In this document: positions 9,057 through 17,953 of the stretch, piece by piece
Numbering within the stretch: position 1 is the stretch's first letter
Layout: the number at the start of each line of letters is the position of its first letter
Source of the DNA: Coprobacillaceae bacterium
GTDB taxonomy: Bacteria; Bacillota_I; Bacilli_A; Erysipelotrichales; Coprobacillaceae
Direction of reading: 5' to 3'
Assembly (NCBI GenBank): GCA_963675915.1
Contig: OY780959.1
Coordinates: 1,200,001-1,232,000, forward strand
Length of the DNA stretch: 32,000 bases
Notes under the pieces: generated by a model
The model's input: the letters and a program-made list of their open reading frames with translations, nothing else
Database searches by the model: none
Told to the model about the DNA's origin: nothing
Position numbers and translations under genes: made by a program

Positions 9057-10856
9057 TTATTCCTCTTTCAAAATTTCACTGATATCCAAACGCAAGATTC
9101 GCCTTAGTTGCATCAATGTCGCAATCAGGCCCACTCCCAGATAGATTGCTCCCAAAATAAAAACCGCCTGGGAGTCGGTCTCAAGTGGGAGATTAAGACC
9201 AAACCACTCCCTGATCAGTCCTTTGGCGTTGATAAACCTGATAATCAAAGCTGAGATTCCATTTGCTCCCCAGGTAATCAAGACGGTCACCAAAACAATC
9301 TCGAAAACCATCTGGCCCATAATCATGATTTTGCTCTGTCCCATGCTTATAAGCAGCGCCGCACTGACCCGCCGCGACCAGAAGATGGCCTCGAGAACCA
9401 ATCCATACAAAATCACTCCGATTATCAAGGCGACAACAATGAAAACCCCGGCCACCAGATAACCCAACTTGAGGATGGTCTGATGGCTTTCAATGGTGTT
9501 TTGATAATCCGAGAAACAATAATAATCCCGTTCAAGGCTTGTCATGGCGGTTTCCAGACTGCTGTTGGCACTTAAAACCAGATTGATCCGACCCGGCCCC
9601 ACTCCAGATTCCTGAATCATATCCAGACCCAGAAACTGATAATCGAAATAGACCGTGGGATAGTTGTGATAGCTATCAGCAACCACCCCGACAATTTCAA
9701 GTTCAATTCCCAGCCGGAGGTTTTCAAGGGTTGCTCCCACCCCGCTTTGCTTAGCTAAAAAAGCCTGATTGACCAGGATTTCCCCCTTTTTTGCGATATT
9801 CCGCCCGGATGCGATCATCAAATGGGGATTCGCTTGGGAAATCTGGATAGAACCAAAATCAAGATTGCGACCAGCCAAGGTCAAACCAAGTCCGTTTAGA
9901 TCAATGGGTTCGTTGAAGCCCGCCAGATGGTAATCCTGTTCCAGGTTCTGGAGTTCCGGCCAGGAAAACTCCCCTTCGAGTTTCTCGACCGTGACCACTT
10001 GCCGGCCCGGCAAGCTCAAATCGGCGGTCCGGTAGTAATCGCCAAAACCAAAAAAGCTCACAATCATGATTGCAATCGTGATCGCAATGACTATCTGCGA
10101 GGCGATGATCAAAATGTATTTATTGATATCATGATAAAACTGGCGAATCCAGTAGACCAGCGGCAGTGCCATTCGGGTCGGATTCCTGTTCACCCAGCTA
10201 TACCGGGCCAAGCGGAAATCATAGCTGGTTTCCAGCTGATTGAAATCGATCACCTGACGGCCCTTGACCAGGCTACAATCATGAGTGACAATAATTACCA
10301 GATGATTGCGGGCACTTTGTTCAAGCGTCCGTTGGATCAGTTTGGCCGAAGTCCGGTCGCATGAGCCGGTCGGTTCATCGAGAATCAGGATTGGAGTTGC
10401 GCCCATCAAAGCCCTGATCACCCCAAATCGCTGCCGCTGGCCTCCGGATACCTGCTGGGGATAACGGCTTGAAAGCCCGCTCACCTCGAGCTGACTGGTC
10501 AACCGGGCATAGCGGACGGGATCGAACCTGATCCCCTTGACCCGACAGGCCAGAATGACATTCTGTTTAAGCGTCAAACAGTCGATCAGATTGATATTTT
10601 GATAAACCAAGGCGACATAGTCGCGCCGGTATCCGGCAATGGCGGCGATGTTCTTTTGATTGAGTGCTACCGTGCCCCAATCAGGTTTGGTAATTCCGGC
10701 CAGCAGGTTGACCAAAGTCGATTTGCCACATCCGGACGGACCCACCACATAAACAAGGCCGCGCCTAGGAAAGTGAATGGTCAAATCGGTGATGATGGGA
10801 CGCAAACAAGAGCCGTCCCGGTAACTTTTGGATACTTTCAACAAAGTTAATGTCAT
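9057..10856 (-). CDS. Fused ABC transporter ATP-binding domain plus FtsX-type permease (paralogue of the downstream gene)
   Basis: 599 aa. Walker A is GPSGCGKST, the signature is VSGGQRQRFGV, Walker B is LILDEPTGSCD and the H-loop is VTHD, with the same TM/extracytoplasmic layout as its neighbour. Its stop lies 3 nt before the next gene's ATG, so the two are probably co-transcribed. Confidence 0.85.
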   Translation of the reverse strand: MTLTLLKVSKSYRDGSCLRPIITDLTIHFPRRGLVYVVGPSGCGKSTLVNLLAGITKPDWGTVALNQKNIAAIAGYRRDYVALVYQNINLIDCLTLKQNVILACRVKGIRFDPVRYARLTSQLEVSGLSSRYPQQVSGGQRQRFGVIRALMGATPILILDEPTGSCDRTSAKLIQRTLEQSARNHLVIIVTHDCSLVKGRQVIDFNQLETSYDFRLARYSWVNRNPTRMALPLVYWIRQFYHDINKYILIIASQIVIAITIAIMIVSFFGFGDYYRTADLSLPGRQVVTVEKLEGEFSWPELQNLEQDYHLAGFNEPIDLNGLGLTLAGRNLDFGSIQISQANPHLMIASGRNIAKKGEILVNQAFLAKQSGVGATLENLRLGIELEIVGVVADSYHNYPTVYFDYQFLGLDMIQESGVGPGRINLVLSANSSLETAMTSLERDYYCFSDYQNTIESHQTILKLGYLVAGVFIVVALIIGVILYGLVLEAIFWSRRVSAALLISMGQSKIMIMGQMVFEIVLVTVLITWGANGISALIIRFINAKGLIREWFGLNLPLETDSQAVFILGAIYLGVGLIATLMQLRRILRLDISEILKEE

Positions 10857-10865
10857 ACAATCTCC

Positions 10866-10893
10866 TTGATTTTATCGCTTATTTTTGTATAAT
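10866..10893 (+). promoter_or_regulatory. Candidate sigma-A promoter that would place the transcription start at the radical SAM ATG (leaderless)
   Basis: TTGATT (10866..10871), a 16-nt spacer, TATAAT (10888..10893), then 6 nt (taagcc) before the A of the ATG at 10900. No Shine-Dalgarno sequence is present. Confidence 0.5.
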
Positions 10894-10899
10894 TAAGCC

Positions 10900-11838
10900 A
10901 TGAATAAATTTAAATATACCTTAGACAACAAACGTTATCATACGTTCAATTATTATCTTAAAACCAGATACCAGAACAAAGTGGCCAAAATCCCGCTCAA
11001 CGCTGACTTCACCTGCCCCAACCTTGATGGAACCAAGGCCTACGGCGGATGCATCTACTGCTCTTCCATGGGATCGGGTGATTTCGCCGGGGATATCAAT
11101 GACGATCTGACGGTCCAATTCGAGAAGATGGTGCCGGTGTTCAACCGGAAATGGCCCGGCTGCAAATACATCGCTTATTTCCAGGCCAACTCCAACACCT
11201 ATGGCCCGGTAGCCAAAGTCGCAGCCATGGTTCAACCTTTTTTGGCCCGCGAAGATGTGGTGGCGATTTCGCTGGCAACCCGACCTGACTGTCTTAAAGA
11301 TGAGATGATCGAATACCTGGCAAAATTGGCCCAGGAAAAAGACCTTTGGGTCGAACTGGGCCTCCAGACAATCCACGATCAAACCGGCAAGCTGATCAAC
11401 CGCGGCCATTCATTCGCCGAGTTCGAATCAGCCCTGGCAAAGCTGCGCGCCCATGACATCAATGTCTGCGTCCACATCATCAACTCCCTGCCTTACGAAA
11501 CCCGGGAAATGATGCTTGAAACGGCCAGAACTATCGGCAAGATGGATATCCAGGCCTTGAAGATTCATATGCTTTTTGTCATTGAAAACACCGCTTTGGC
11601 GACAATGTACAACCGCGGCGACTTCGAACTGTTGAGCCGTGATGAGTATATCGAAATCGTCAGTGAACAGCTGGCTTTGATCGATGAAAAAATCGTGATC
11701 GAACGGCTGACCGGTGACGGCAACCCCGAAGATCTGATTGCTCCGATGTGGTCGCTAAGAAAAGTGACCATCCTCAACGATATCGACAAATACATGAAAG
11801 AACATGACCTTTATCAAGGCAGCAAAAAAGAGCTCTGA
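10900..11838 (+). CDS. TIGR01212-family radical SAM protein (YtqA-like)
   Basis: 312 aa. The N-terminus KRYHTFNYYLKTRYQNKVAKIPLNADFTCPNLDGTKAYGGCIYCS matches my memory of this family (CPNxDG...GGCxYC cluster motif). Confidence 0.88.
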   Translation: MNKFKYTLDNKRYHTFNYYLKTRYQNKVAKIPLNADFTCPNLDGTKAYGGCIYCSSMGSGDFAGDINDDLTVQFEKMVPVFNRKWPGCKYIAYFQANSNTYGPVAKVAAMVQPFLAREDVVAISLATRPDCLKDEMIEYLAKLAQEKDLWVELGLQTIHDQTGKLINRGHSFAEFESALAKLRAHDINVCVHIINSLPYETREMMLETARTIGKMDIQALKIHMLFVIENTALATMYNRGDFELLSRDEYIEIVSEQLALIDEKIVIERLTGDGNPEDLIAPMWSLRKVTILNDIDKYMKEHDLYQGSKKEL

Positions 11839-11851
11839 TTGAGCTCTTTTT
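11824..11851. terminator. Bidirectional terminator shared by the radical SAM gene (+) and hpf (-)
   Basis: AAAAAGAGCTCtgattGAGCTCTTTTT. The left arm overlaps the last codons and the stop of the radical SAM gene. Confidence 0.75.
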
Positions 11852-11856
11852 GATTT

Positions 11857-12399
11857 TTACATTTCAGTTGCTTCCAATAAACCGTAACCACCATTATGAC
11901 GGCGGTAAACTACGCTGGTGCGTTCAGTTTCCCGATCAACATAGACAAAGAAATCATGGTCGATTAATTCCAGCTGCATGATAGCTTCTTCCATATCCAT
12001 TGGTTTTGGCAAGATTTGTTTTACCTTGACAATTACGTCTTTTTCTTCAGCATCCTCCAACTCTTGAAGTTTGGTGATATTGAAAGCCAATTTATTGTTT
12101 TTAGATTTTCGGCTTAGTTTTGTTTTATATTTGCGAATTTGTCTTTCCAATTTTTCAACAACCATATCGATTGCCACATATAAATCTTCATTCATGTCTT
12201 CAGCACGTAACAAAACATACTCTGTAGGGATAGTTACTTCAATTTTTTGTCCGGTATGTTGATAAGTTCGAACTAGCACTTTTGCTTCTACCGCATCTGA
12301 TACGATAAAGAACTTATCCAGCACGCTCAGCTTTTCCTGGATTGCATTTGAGATAGCCTCTGTAATCTCGATGTTTTTACCTCTTATTGAATATTTCAT
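11857..12399 (-). CDS. hpf: Ribosome hibernation promoting factor, long form
   Basis: MKYSIRGKNIEITEAISNAIQEKL... (sigma-54-modulation/YfiA fold) plus the C-terminal dimerisation domain (...FFVYVDRETERTSVVYRRHNGGYGLLE). I place the start at 12399, after the SD gaggagg. The ORF-track start at 12477 has no SD. Confidence 0.9.
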   Translation of the reverse strand: MKYSIRGKNIEITEAISNAIQEKLSVLDKFFIVSDAVEAKVLVRTYQHTGQKIEVTIPTEYVLLRAEDMNEDLYVAIDMVVEKLERQIRKYKTKLSRKSKNNKLAFNITKLQELEDAEEKDVIVKVKQILPKPMDMEEAIMQLELIDHDFFVYVDRETERTSVVYRRHNGGYGLLEATEM

Positions 12400-12495
12400 A
12401 ATTCCTACCTCCTCTATATGCATATTATACATCAGAAAATTATACAAGTCTAACACTTTAATTAAAAGCGCTTTCAATCATAGCGCTGACAATTT

Positions 12496-12523
12496 AAAAA
12501 GCATGCTTTTCAACATGCTTTTT
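12496..12523 (-). terminator. Rho-independent terminator downstream of metK
   Basis: AAAAAGCATGcttttcaaCATGCTTTTT: a symmetric hairpin with T-runs on both strands, immediately after the metK stop. Confidence 0.7.
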
Positions 12524-12525
12524 GC

Positions 12526-13668
12526 TTATAAAAATTTTTTAAGTTTTTCAACTTTATCCAGGCGTTCCCATGGCAAGTCGATATCATTGCGTCCGAAATG
12601 TCCGCCAGCGGCAGTTTTCGAGTAGATTGGCCGAAGCAGATCAAGAGTGGTGATGATGCCCTGAGGAGTCAGATCAAATGTTTCCCTGATTGCTTCCAGG
12701 ATCTTTTCATCACTGGTTTTTTGAGTTCCAAAAGTCTCTACCGAGATTGAAGTCGGCTCTTTGACCCCGATGGCATAAGAAACTTGGATTTCCAGGCGAT
12801 CGGCAAAACCGGCCGCAACCAGGTTTTTAGCGATGTAACGGGTCATGTATGCCGCTGAACGGTCAACTTTTGAAGGATCTTTCCCTGAGAAAGCACCCCC
12901 GCCATGACGGGCCATTCCCCCATAGGTATCGACGATGATCTTACGTCCGGTAAGTCCGGCATCCCCATGAGGACCCCCGATTACAAAACGTCCGGTCGGA
13001 TTGATCAATACTTTGAAATCAGTATTGAGATCATATTCATTGGCAACCGGTACCATGATATTTTCATAGATATATTTTTTGAATTCTTCAATATCGACAT
13101 CTCCATCATGCTGGATTGACATCAGGATAGTCTCGATTTGAGGATGGTCGCCATCATAATCGATGGTAACCTGTGATTTCATATCCGGGCGGGCTTTTTT
13201 GAAATCCCCCGATTTGCGCAGGTCAGTAGCCCGACGAATCAGATGGTGAGCCACTTGGATTGGCAAAGGCATGTATCCTTTGGTTTCATTGGTTGCATAA
13301 CCAAACATCAAACCTTGATCTCCGGCCCCACCGACTTCGCGGTTGGTACCTAGAGCGATATCCGCCGATTGTTCATGGATGACCACCTGAACTTTGACAG
13401 TGCGGTAATCCATTCCTTTATCTTCATCATCATAACCGATTTCCTTGAGAACGTCACGAGCGATTTTATCATAGTCAACATGAGCAGTCGATGTGATTTC
13501 GCCACCGATAACAACCAGGTTGGTAGTTGCAAAACACTCACAGGCAACCCGTGAATATGGATCCTGAGCCAGGCAGGCATCCAAAATGGCATCCGAGATC
13601 TGGTCACATACTTTGTCCGGATGACCTTGTGAAACTGATTCTGATGTAAAAATGTGTTTATCTTTCAT
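12526..13668 (-). CDS. metK: S-adenosylmethionine synthetase
   Basis: [37 protein letters not shown] and [19 protein letters not shown] are classic MetK motifs. I place the start at 13668, after the SD aaggaga. The 25-codon upstream extension in the ORF track overlaps the leader terminator. Confidence 0.97.
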   Translation of the reverse strand: MKDKHIFTSESVSQGHPDKVCDQISDAILDACLAQDPYSRVACECFATTNLVVIGGEITSTAHVDYDKIARDVLKEIGYDDEDKGMDYRTVKVQVVIHEQSADIALGTNREVGGAGDQGLMFGYATNETKGYMPLPIQVAHHLIRRATDLRKSGDFKKARPDMKSQVTIDYDGDHPQIETILMSIQHDGDVDIEEFKKYIYENIMVPVANEYDLNTDFKVLINPTGRFVIGGPHGDAGLTGRKIIVDTYGGMARHGGGAFSGKDPSKVDRSAAYMTRYIAKNLVAAGFADRLEIQVSYAIGVKEPTSISVETFGTQKTSDEKILEAIRETFDLTPQGIITTLDLLRPIYSKTAAGGHFGRNDIDLPWERLDKVEKLKKFL

Positions 13669-13691
13669 TTCTTTCTCCTTTACAAGTAAAT

Positions 13692-13826
13692 AAAAAAGCT
13701 CCCTAAGAGAAAGCAAAACAGGGAGCTTTCTCTTATTGTTCAAGTATAACTTGCTAAGTAGGGCACCTTCTCAATGAGGGTTGCCATCGTATCTTCGATC
13801 TTCATCTAACGATTCTTAATAAGAGT
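13692..13826 (-). promoter_or_regulatory. SAM-I-like (S-box) riboswitch leader with a terminator/antiterminator; the P2 arm is atypical
   Basis: On the minus strand: P1 is CTCTTATT...AATAAGAG; J1/2 is AAGA; P2 is ATCGT...ACGAT; GCAACC is present; P3 is ACC-CTC att GAG-aa-GGT followed by GC; P4 is CAAGTtatACTTG. The expression platform then follows. AAGAGAAAGC can pair with GCTTTCTCTT (antiterminator), or AAGCTCCCT...AGGGAGCTT plus TTTTTT can form (terminator). It sits directly upstream of metK. Confidence 0.6.
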
Positions 13827-13947
13827 CTTTTTTTATATTTTTTATTTCAACAGGAAATACTATATCATACTTTTTCAAAAATGCAAGAATTTTATAGTAA
13901 CATTATAACATTGATTTTTTCCTATTTGGTCTCAAATTTGTTTCAGC

Positions 13948-14190
13948 TTAAATCAGGTTTCCGACCACGTTTTCAACCCCGATGACCTGAGGAACTTCTT
14001 CCATCAAAATCTGTTCGATTCCGTCATTCAATGTCTGGTCGATCATACCGCATCCGGCACAAGCCCCAAGCATGCGCACGTATACAATTCCATCAACGAA
14101 GTCGACATATTCGACATCCCCACCGTCGCGGTTAAGATAAGGTCTGATTTTATTCAAAACTCCTTTGATTTGTTCTACTACTTCTTCCAT
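13948..14190 (-). CDS. NifU-like (Nfu C-terminal domain) Fe-S cluster protein
   Basis: 80 aa with IRPYLNRDGGDVEYVDFVDGIVYVRMLGACAGC, the Nfu CxxC motif and fold signature. Confidence 0.85.
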   Translation of the reverse strand: MEEVVEQIKGVLNKIRPYLNRDGGDVEYVDFVDGIVYVRMLGACAGCGMIDQTLNDGIEQILMEEVPQVIGVENVVGNLI

Positions 14191-14217
14191 CGCTCCATAC
14201 CTCCAGTAACATAAACC

Positions 14218-14246
14218 ATTTTACGCCTTATTGAAGACTAATGCAA
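14218..14246 (-). promoter_or_regulatory. Candidate sigma-A promoter for the NifU-like gene
   Basis: On the minus strand this reads TTGCAT-17 nt-TAAAAT, about 25 nt upstream of the start codon. Confidence 0.45.
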
Positions 14247-14350
14247 ATAATTTGATAAATTGTCCCAAATACTTTTACAAGCCGGTTTTCCTTATCCTTG
14301 AACAATTGTATCAAATCCTTCAAAACAACGCCAAGGATATGCACCAAAGC

Positions 14351-14372
14351 AAAAACCGGGAGTTTTCCCGGT
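14351..14372 (-). terminator. Rho-independent terminator downstream of the ABC exporter gene
   Basis: On the minus strand this reads CCGGGAaaacTCCCGG followed by TTTTT, 6 nt after the stop. Confidence 0.7.
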
Positions 14373-14377
14373 TAGCT

Positions 14378-16111
14378 TTAATCAATTTTGAACTGCATAT
14401 TGTAAAGATAAGCGTAAGTGCCGTTTTGACCGAGCAACTCTTCATGGCTGCCGCTTTCCGAAATTCCCTCATTGGTGACCACACAGATCCGCGAAGCGTT
14501 CTTGATGGTTGAAAGCCGATGGGCAATTACGATGGTAGTCCGGTTTTGAGCCAGTTTTTCCAGACTCTCCTGAACGATTCTTTCGCTTTCATTGTCAAGC
14601 GCGCTGGTCGCTTCATCGAAGATCAGAATCGGCGGATTCTTCAAAAACACCCGGGCAATTGAAAGCCGTTGTTTCTGTCCGCCAGAAAGGCGCACTCCCC
14701 GCTGACCGGTATCAGTATCGTAGCCGTTTTCGAGTTCCATGATGAATTCATGGGCATTGGCTTTCTTGGCCGCCTCGATAACTTCCTCGTCAGTGGCATC
14801 CAATTTCCCATAACGGATGTTGTCCATGATGGTTCCGCTAAAGAGATAGACATCCTGTTGGACAATCCCGATATTCGCTCTCAGGCTGGCTTGAGTGACA
14901 TCCTGGATATCATGACCGTCAACAGTGATTTTTCCTTCGGTAACTTCATAAAAACGGGGCAAAAGAGAACAGATGGTCGTCTTCCCGGCTCCCGAAGATC
15001 CCACTAAAGCGATATATTCTCCGGCATTCATCTTGAGATTCAAATTCTTGAGGACATAGTCGCTTTTGTCATTGTATCTAAAGGCGACATCCTCAAAGGC
15101 GATAACCCCTTCGACATCGCTTAGCTTAAATGCTCCGGCCTTGTCTTGGATGTCCGGTTCGACTTTGATGATTTCCATGAACCGTTCGAATCCGGTAACC
15201 CCGTTTTGGAACTGTTCCGTGAAGTTCATGAACCGTTTGATCGGATCAAGCAAGTTGGCACTGTACATGATAAACGCCAACAGATCCGGCAGGGAAATGG
15301 CATTGTTAAGCACATAATAAGCCCCCGCAAAGAGTGTCGTTGCGGTAATCGCACTGGTAAAAGCAGTCAGCCCGGAAAAATAACGCCCCATATAGTGGTA
15401 GCTGTCTTCCTTGGTTTTGACGAAATTGCGGTTCGACTGATGGAATTTTTCAATCTCATCACTTTCATTCGAGAAGCTTTTGACCACTCGGATTCCCGAC
15501 AGATTATCCTCAACCCGGGCATTGATATCCCCGATTTTAAGACGGTTCTGTTTGAAGGCTCTTTTCATCTTGCGGTTGTAAAAAACCATGAAAACCACCA
15601 TAAACGGGATGAATGAGAAGATGATCAGTGTCAATGGAACGTTGATGAAAAGCAGAATGAAAAACGCTCCTAAAAACTTGATCAGCGAGATCACGATATC
15701 CTCGGGACCGTGATGGTAAAGCTCAGTCAAGGCAAACAAGTCATTGGTGATCCGACTCATCAGCTGACCGGTATTGTTTTCATCATAAAAGCCAAACGAG
15801 AGCTTTTGATAATGTTCAAACAGCTCATTACGCAGGTCGCTTTCCATGTGCGCCCCCATAATGTGGCCGTATTCGGCAATAAACAGATTGCTGCCGTATT
15901 CCAGCGCAATCAAGACAACATTGATTACCGCAAAAAATATAATAGTATTAAATTGCACCGCAGCGCTTGATAATACCTCCCCCGTTATATAGCGGGTAAT
16001 CAATGGATAGATCAATGTAATTGTCGCTGCCAGCAGCGCAAAAAACATATCCATAAAAAACAACTTCCGATACGGTTTGTAGTACGAAAGAAATTTCTTC
16101 ATATCCTTCAT
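14378..16111 (-). CDS. ABC exporter, fused permease/ATP-binding protein (MsbA/multidrug type)
   Basis: An N-terminal six-TM ABC_membrane region is followed by an NBD with Walker A GSSGAGKTT, signature LSGGQKQRLSIA and Walker B LIFDEATSALD. I place the start at 16111 (MKDMKKFLSYYKPY), after the SD aaaggaggg. Confidence 0.9.
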   Translation of the reverse strand: MKDMKKFLSYYKPYRKLFFMDMFFALLAATITLIYPLITRYITGEVLSSAAVQFNTIIFFAVINVVLIALEYGSNLFIAEYGHIMGAHMESDLRNELFEHYQKLSFGFYDENNTGQLMSRITNDLFALTELYHHGPEDIVISLIKFLGAFFILLFINVPLTLIIFSFIPFMVVFMVFYNRKMKRAFKQNRLKIGDINARVEDNLSGIRVVKSFSNESDEIEKFHQSNRNFVKTKEDSYHYMGRYFSGLTAFTSAITATTLFAGAYYVLNNAISLPDLLAFIMYSANLLDPIKRFMNFTEQFQNGVTGFERFMEIIKVEPDIQDKAGAFKLSDVEGVIAFEDVAFRYNDKSDYVLKNLNLKMNAGEYIALVGSSGAGKTTICSLLPRFYEVTEGKITVDGHDIQDVTQASLRANIGIVQQDVYLFSGTIMDNIRYGKLDATDEEVIEAAKKANAHEFIMELENGYDTDTGQRGVRLSGGQKQRLSIARVFLKNPPILIFDEATSALDNESERIVQESLEKLAQNRTTIVIAHRLSTIKNASRICVVTNEGISESGSHEELLGQNGTYAYLYNMQFKID

Positions 16112-16136
16112 TTCGTTTCCCTCCTTTTTCCCTGAC

Positions 16137-16164
16137 ATTATATCAATTCCTGGCAAAAATACAA
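16137..16164 (-). promoter_or_regulatory. Candidate sigma-A promoter for the ABC exporter gene
   Basis: On the minus strand this reads TTGTAT-16 nt-TATAAT, about 25 nt upstream of the start. Confidence 0.45.
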
Positions 16165-16182
16165 CGGATATACCTTGAATTG

Positions 16183-16211
16183 AAAATAAAACCGCCCGGG
16201 ATTGCTCCCGG
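16183..16211 (-). terminator. Probable terminator of the pnt operon
   Basis: On the minus strand this reads CCGGGAgcaaTCCCGG followed by a T-rich tract (gcggTTTTATTTT), about 20 nt after the pntB stop. Confidence 0.6.
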
Positions 16212-16230
16212 ACAGCTTGTCATTGTTATC

Positions 16231-17655
16231 TTATTCTTCGCCAAACTCATTGACCAGAGCTCCAACGGTGCTTTTGGCATCGCCATAGATCATCAACGTA
16301 TTGTCATTGGTAAAGAGCGGATTTTCAATTCCCGAGAACCCGCGTCCAGCCCCTCTTTTAAGGACAAAGACAGTGCGCGCTTCATGGGCATTGATAATCG
16401 GCATTCCATAAATCGGTGAAGATTCATCCTCATTGGCCGATGGGTTGACAACATCATTGGCCCCGATGACAATTGCAACATCCTGCATCGCCATCTGCGG
16501 ATTCATTTCATCCATGGTTTTGAGTTTTTCGTAATCAACGTCAGCTTCTGCCAACAAGACGTTCATATGACCCGGCATCCTTCCGGCAACCGGATGGATT
16601 GCGAAATTGACTTCAGCCCCGTTTTCTTCCAGTTTTTCCGCCAACTCGCGGACCGCATGCTGGGCCTGAGCCACAGCCATCCCATAACCGGGAATGAAGA
16701 CCACTGAACTGGCCGCTTCAAGCACCAGATAGGCATCTTCAACCGAAGTTGCTTTGGGTTCTTTGGCTTCGCCGCTTTGGGCTTTTTTGGCTGACGCCCC
16801 GCCAAAGCTGCCAAACAGCAGACTGTAGAGCGAACGGTTCATCGCCTTGCACATGATCAGGGTCAGAATCAATCCTGAAGCTCCAACCAGACATCCGGCA
16901 ACCACCAGGACGGTATTCCCGATCGTGAATCCGGCAAATGCCGCAGCCAGACCGGAAAGGGAGTTAAGCAAGGAAATAATAACTGGCATATCGCCCCCAC
17001 CAATGGTGATAACCATCGTGAAACCAAGCACCAGGAACACTGCGGAAGCAAACAGGACCGCAACCATCGCAATTGATTCAGTGCCGCTAAAGCCATAGAG
17101 GACCACCGCCCCAAGACCCAGGGCCATCAAAATCATATTGACCATGTTTTTGGCTGGAATCACCCATTGTTTGGTAAACATCTTGCGCGAAAGTTTACCC
17201 CAGGCCACCAGTGACCCGGTAAAGGCAATCGCCCCGATGGCAATCGTCAGTCCCAATGAGACTCCGGTAACCACGTCATGGGAAATCGAATTCGAAGATT
17301 CATAGACATATTGAGACAAAGCCACCAGCAGCGATGACAGCCCCCCAAACCCGTTGAACAGGGCTACCAGTTCCGGCATTCCGGTCATTTTGACAGTTTT
17401 GGCCCAGAAAGCACCGATGACCGAACCGATTGCAATCGCCAGAATGATATAGAAATAACCGTTTTCCATCACATTCGAAGACCATGAACCGAGTACTTCC
17501 TTGTCAAGCGCTACTGTCGCCACGGCAATCAGCATCCCGATTGACGAGAACATATTACCCTGACGGGCAGTAGCCGTCTTCCCCAGGAGTTTGATCCCCC
17601 TGATGAAGAAAATACATGAAACCATATATAAAAGCGAGATAACCGTACTATTCAT
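16231..17655 (-). CDS. pntB: NAD(P) transhydrogenase subunit beta
   Basis: 474 aa. A multi-TM N-terminal half is followed by the dIII NADP(H)-binding domain (VVFIPGYGMAVAQAQH, HPVAGRMPGHMNVLLAEA, GANDVVNP). Its start overlaps the upstream stop in TAATG. Confidence 0.95.
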   Translation of the reverse strand: MNSTVISLLYMVSCIFFIRGIKLLGKTATARQGNMFSSIGMLIAVATVALDKEVLGSWSSNVMENGYFYIILAIAIGSVIGAFWAKTVKMTGMPELVALFNGFGGLSSLLVALSQYVYESSNSISHDVVTGVSLGLTIAIGAIAFTGSLVAWGKLSRKMFTKQWVIPAKNMVNMILMALGLGAVVLYGFSGTESIAMVAVLFASAVFLVLGFTMVITIGGGDMPVIISLLNSLSGLAAAFAGFTIGNTVLVVAGCLVGASGLILTLIMCKAMNRSLYSLLFGSFGGASAKKAQSGEAKEPKATSVEDAYLVLEAASSVVFIPGYGMAVAQAQHAVRELAEKLEENGAEVNFAIHPVAGRMPGHMNVLLAEADVDYEKLKTMDEMNPQMAMQDVAIVIGANDVVNPSANEDESSPIYGMPIINAHEARTVFVLKRGAGRGFSGIENPLFTNDNTLMIYGDAKSTVGALVNEFGEE

Positions 17656-17942
17656 TATTTATTATCCCCCTTTTTCTTGAACATTCCCAACATTCTGTCA
17701 GTAACCAGATAACCTCCGACCACATTGATTGTCGCCAAAACAATTGCAACGAAGGCTAAAATATTTCCGATTGTCCCCGGGATATTGACGGCACAGACAG
17801 TAATCGCTCCGACAATCGTGATACCCGAAATTGCGTTGGTCCCCGACATCAGCGGAGTATGTAATTGAGATGGCACTTTGGAAATCAGTTCCACCCCTAA
17901 AAATCCGGCAATCACAAAGACAAAGATCAACATTATACTCAT
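17655..17942 (-). CDS. pntAB: NAD(P) transhydrogenase subunit alpha, part 2 (membrane segment)
   Basis: 95-aa hydrophobic protein (HTPLMSGTNAISGI motif) lying between pntAA and pntB, as in split-alpha transhydrogenases. Confidence 0.9.
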   Translation of the reverse strand: MSIMLIFVFVIAGFLGVELISKVPSQLHTPLMSGTNAISGITIVGAITVCAVNIPGTIGNILAFVAIVLATINVVGGYLVTDRMLGMFKKKGDNK

Positions 17943-17953
17943 ATTTCTACCTC

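Noticed and set aside
10921-11409. 162-aa minus-strand ORF
   Set aside because: It is antisense to the radical SAM gene, whose CxxxCxxC-type N-terminus is clear on the plus strand.
7227-11838. Patchy GC content, considered as a possible sign of horizontal transfer. In single 60-nt lines I counted about 30% for hpf, about 43% for leuS and about 48% for the ABC pair.
   Set aside because: The figures rest on a handful of hand-counted lines. Higher GC is shared by many unrelated core genes in the window (pnt, hydrogenase, rhomboid, HAD). No integrase, flanking repeat or tRNA marks an island. The pattern is more consistent with gene-specific codon usage.
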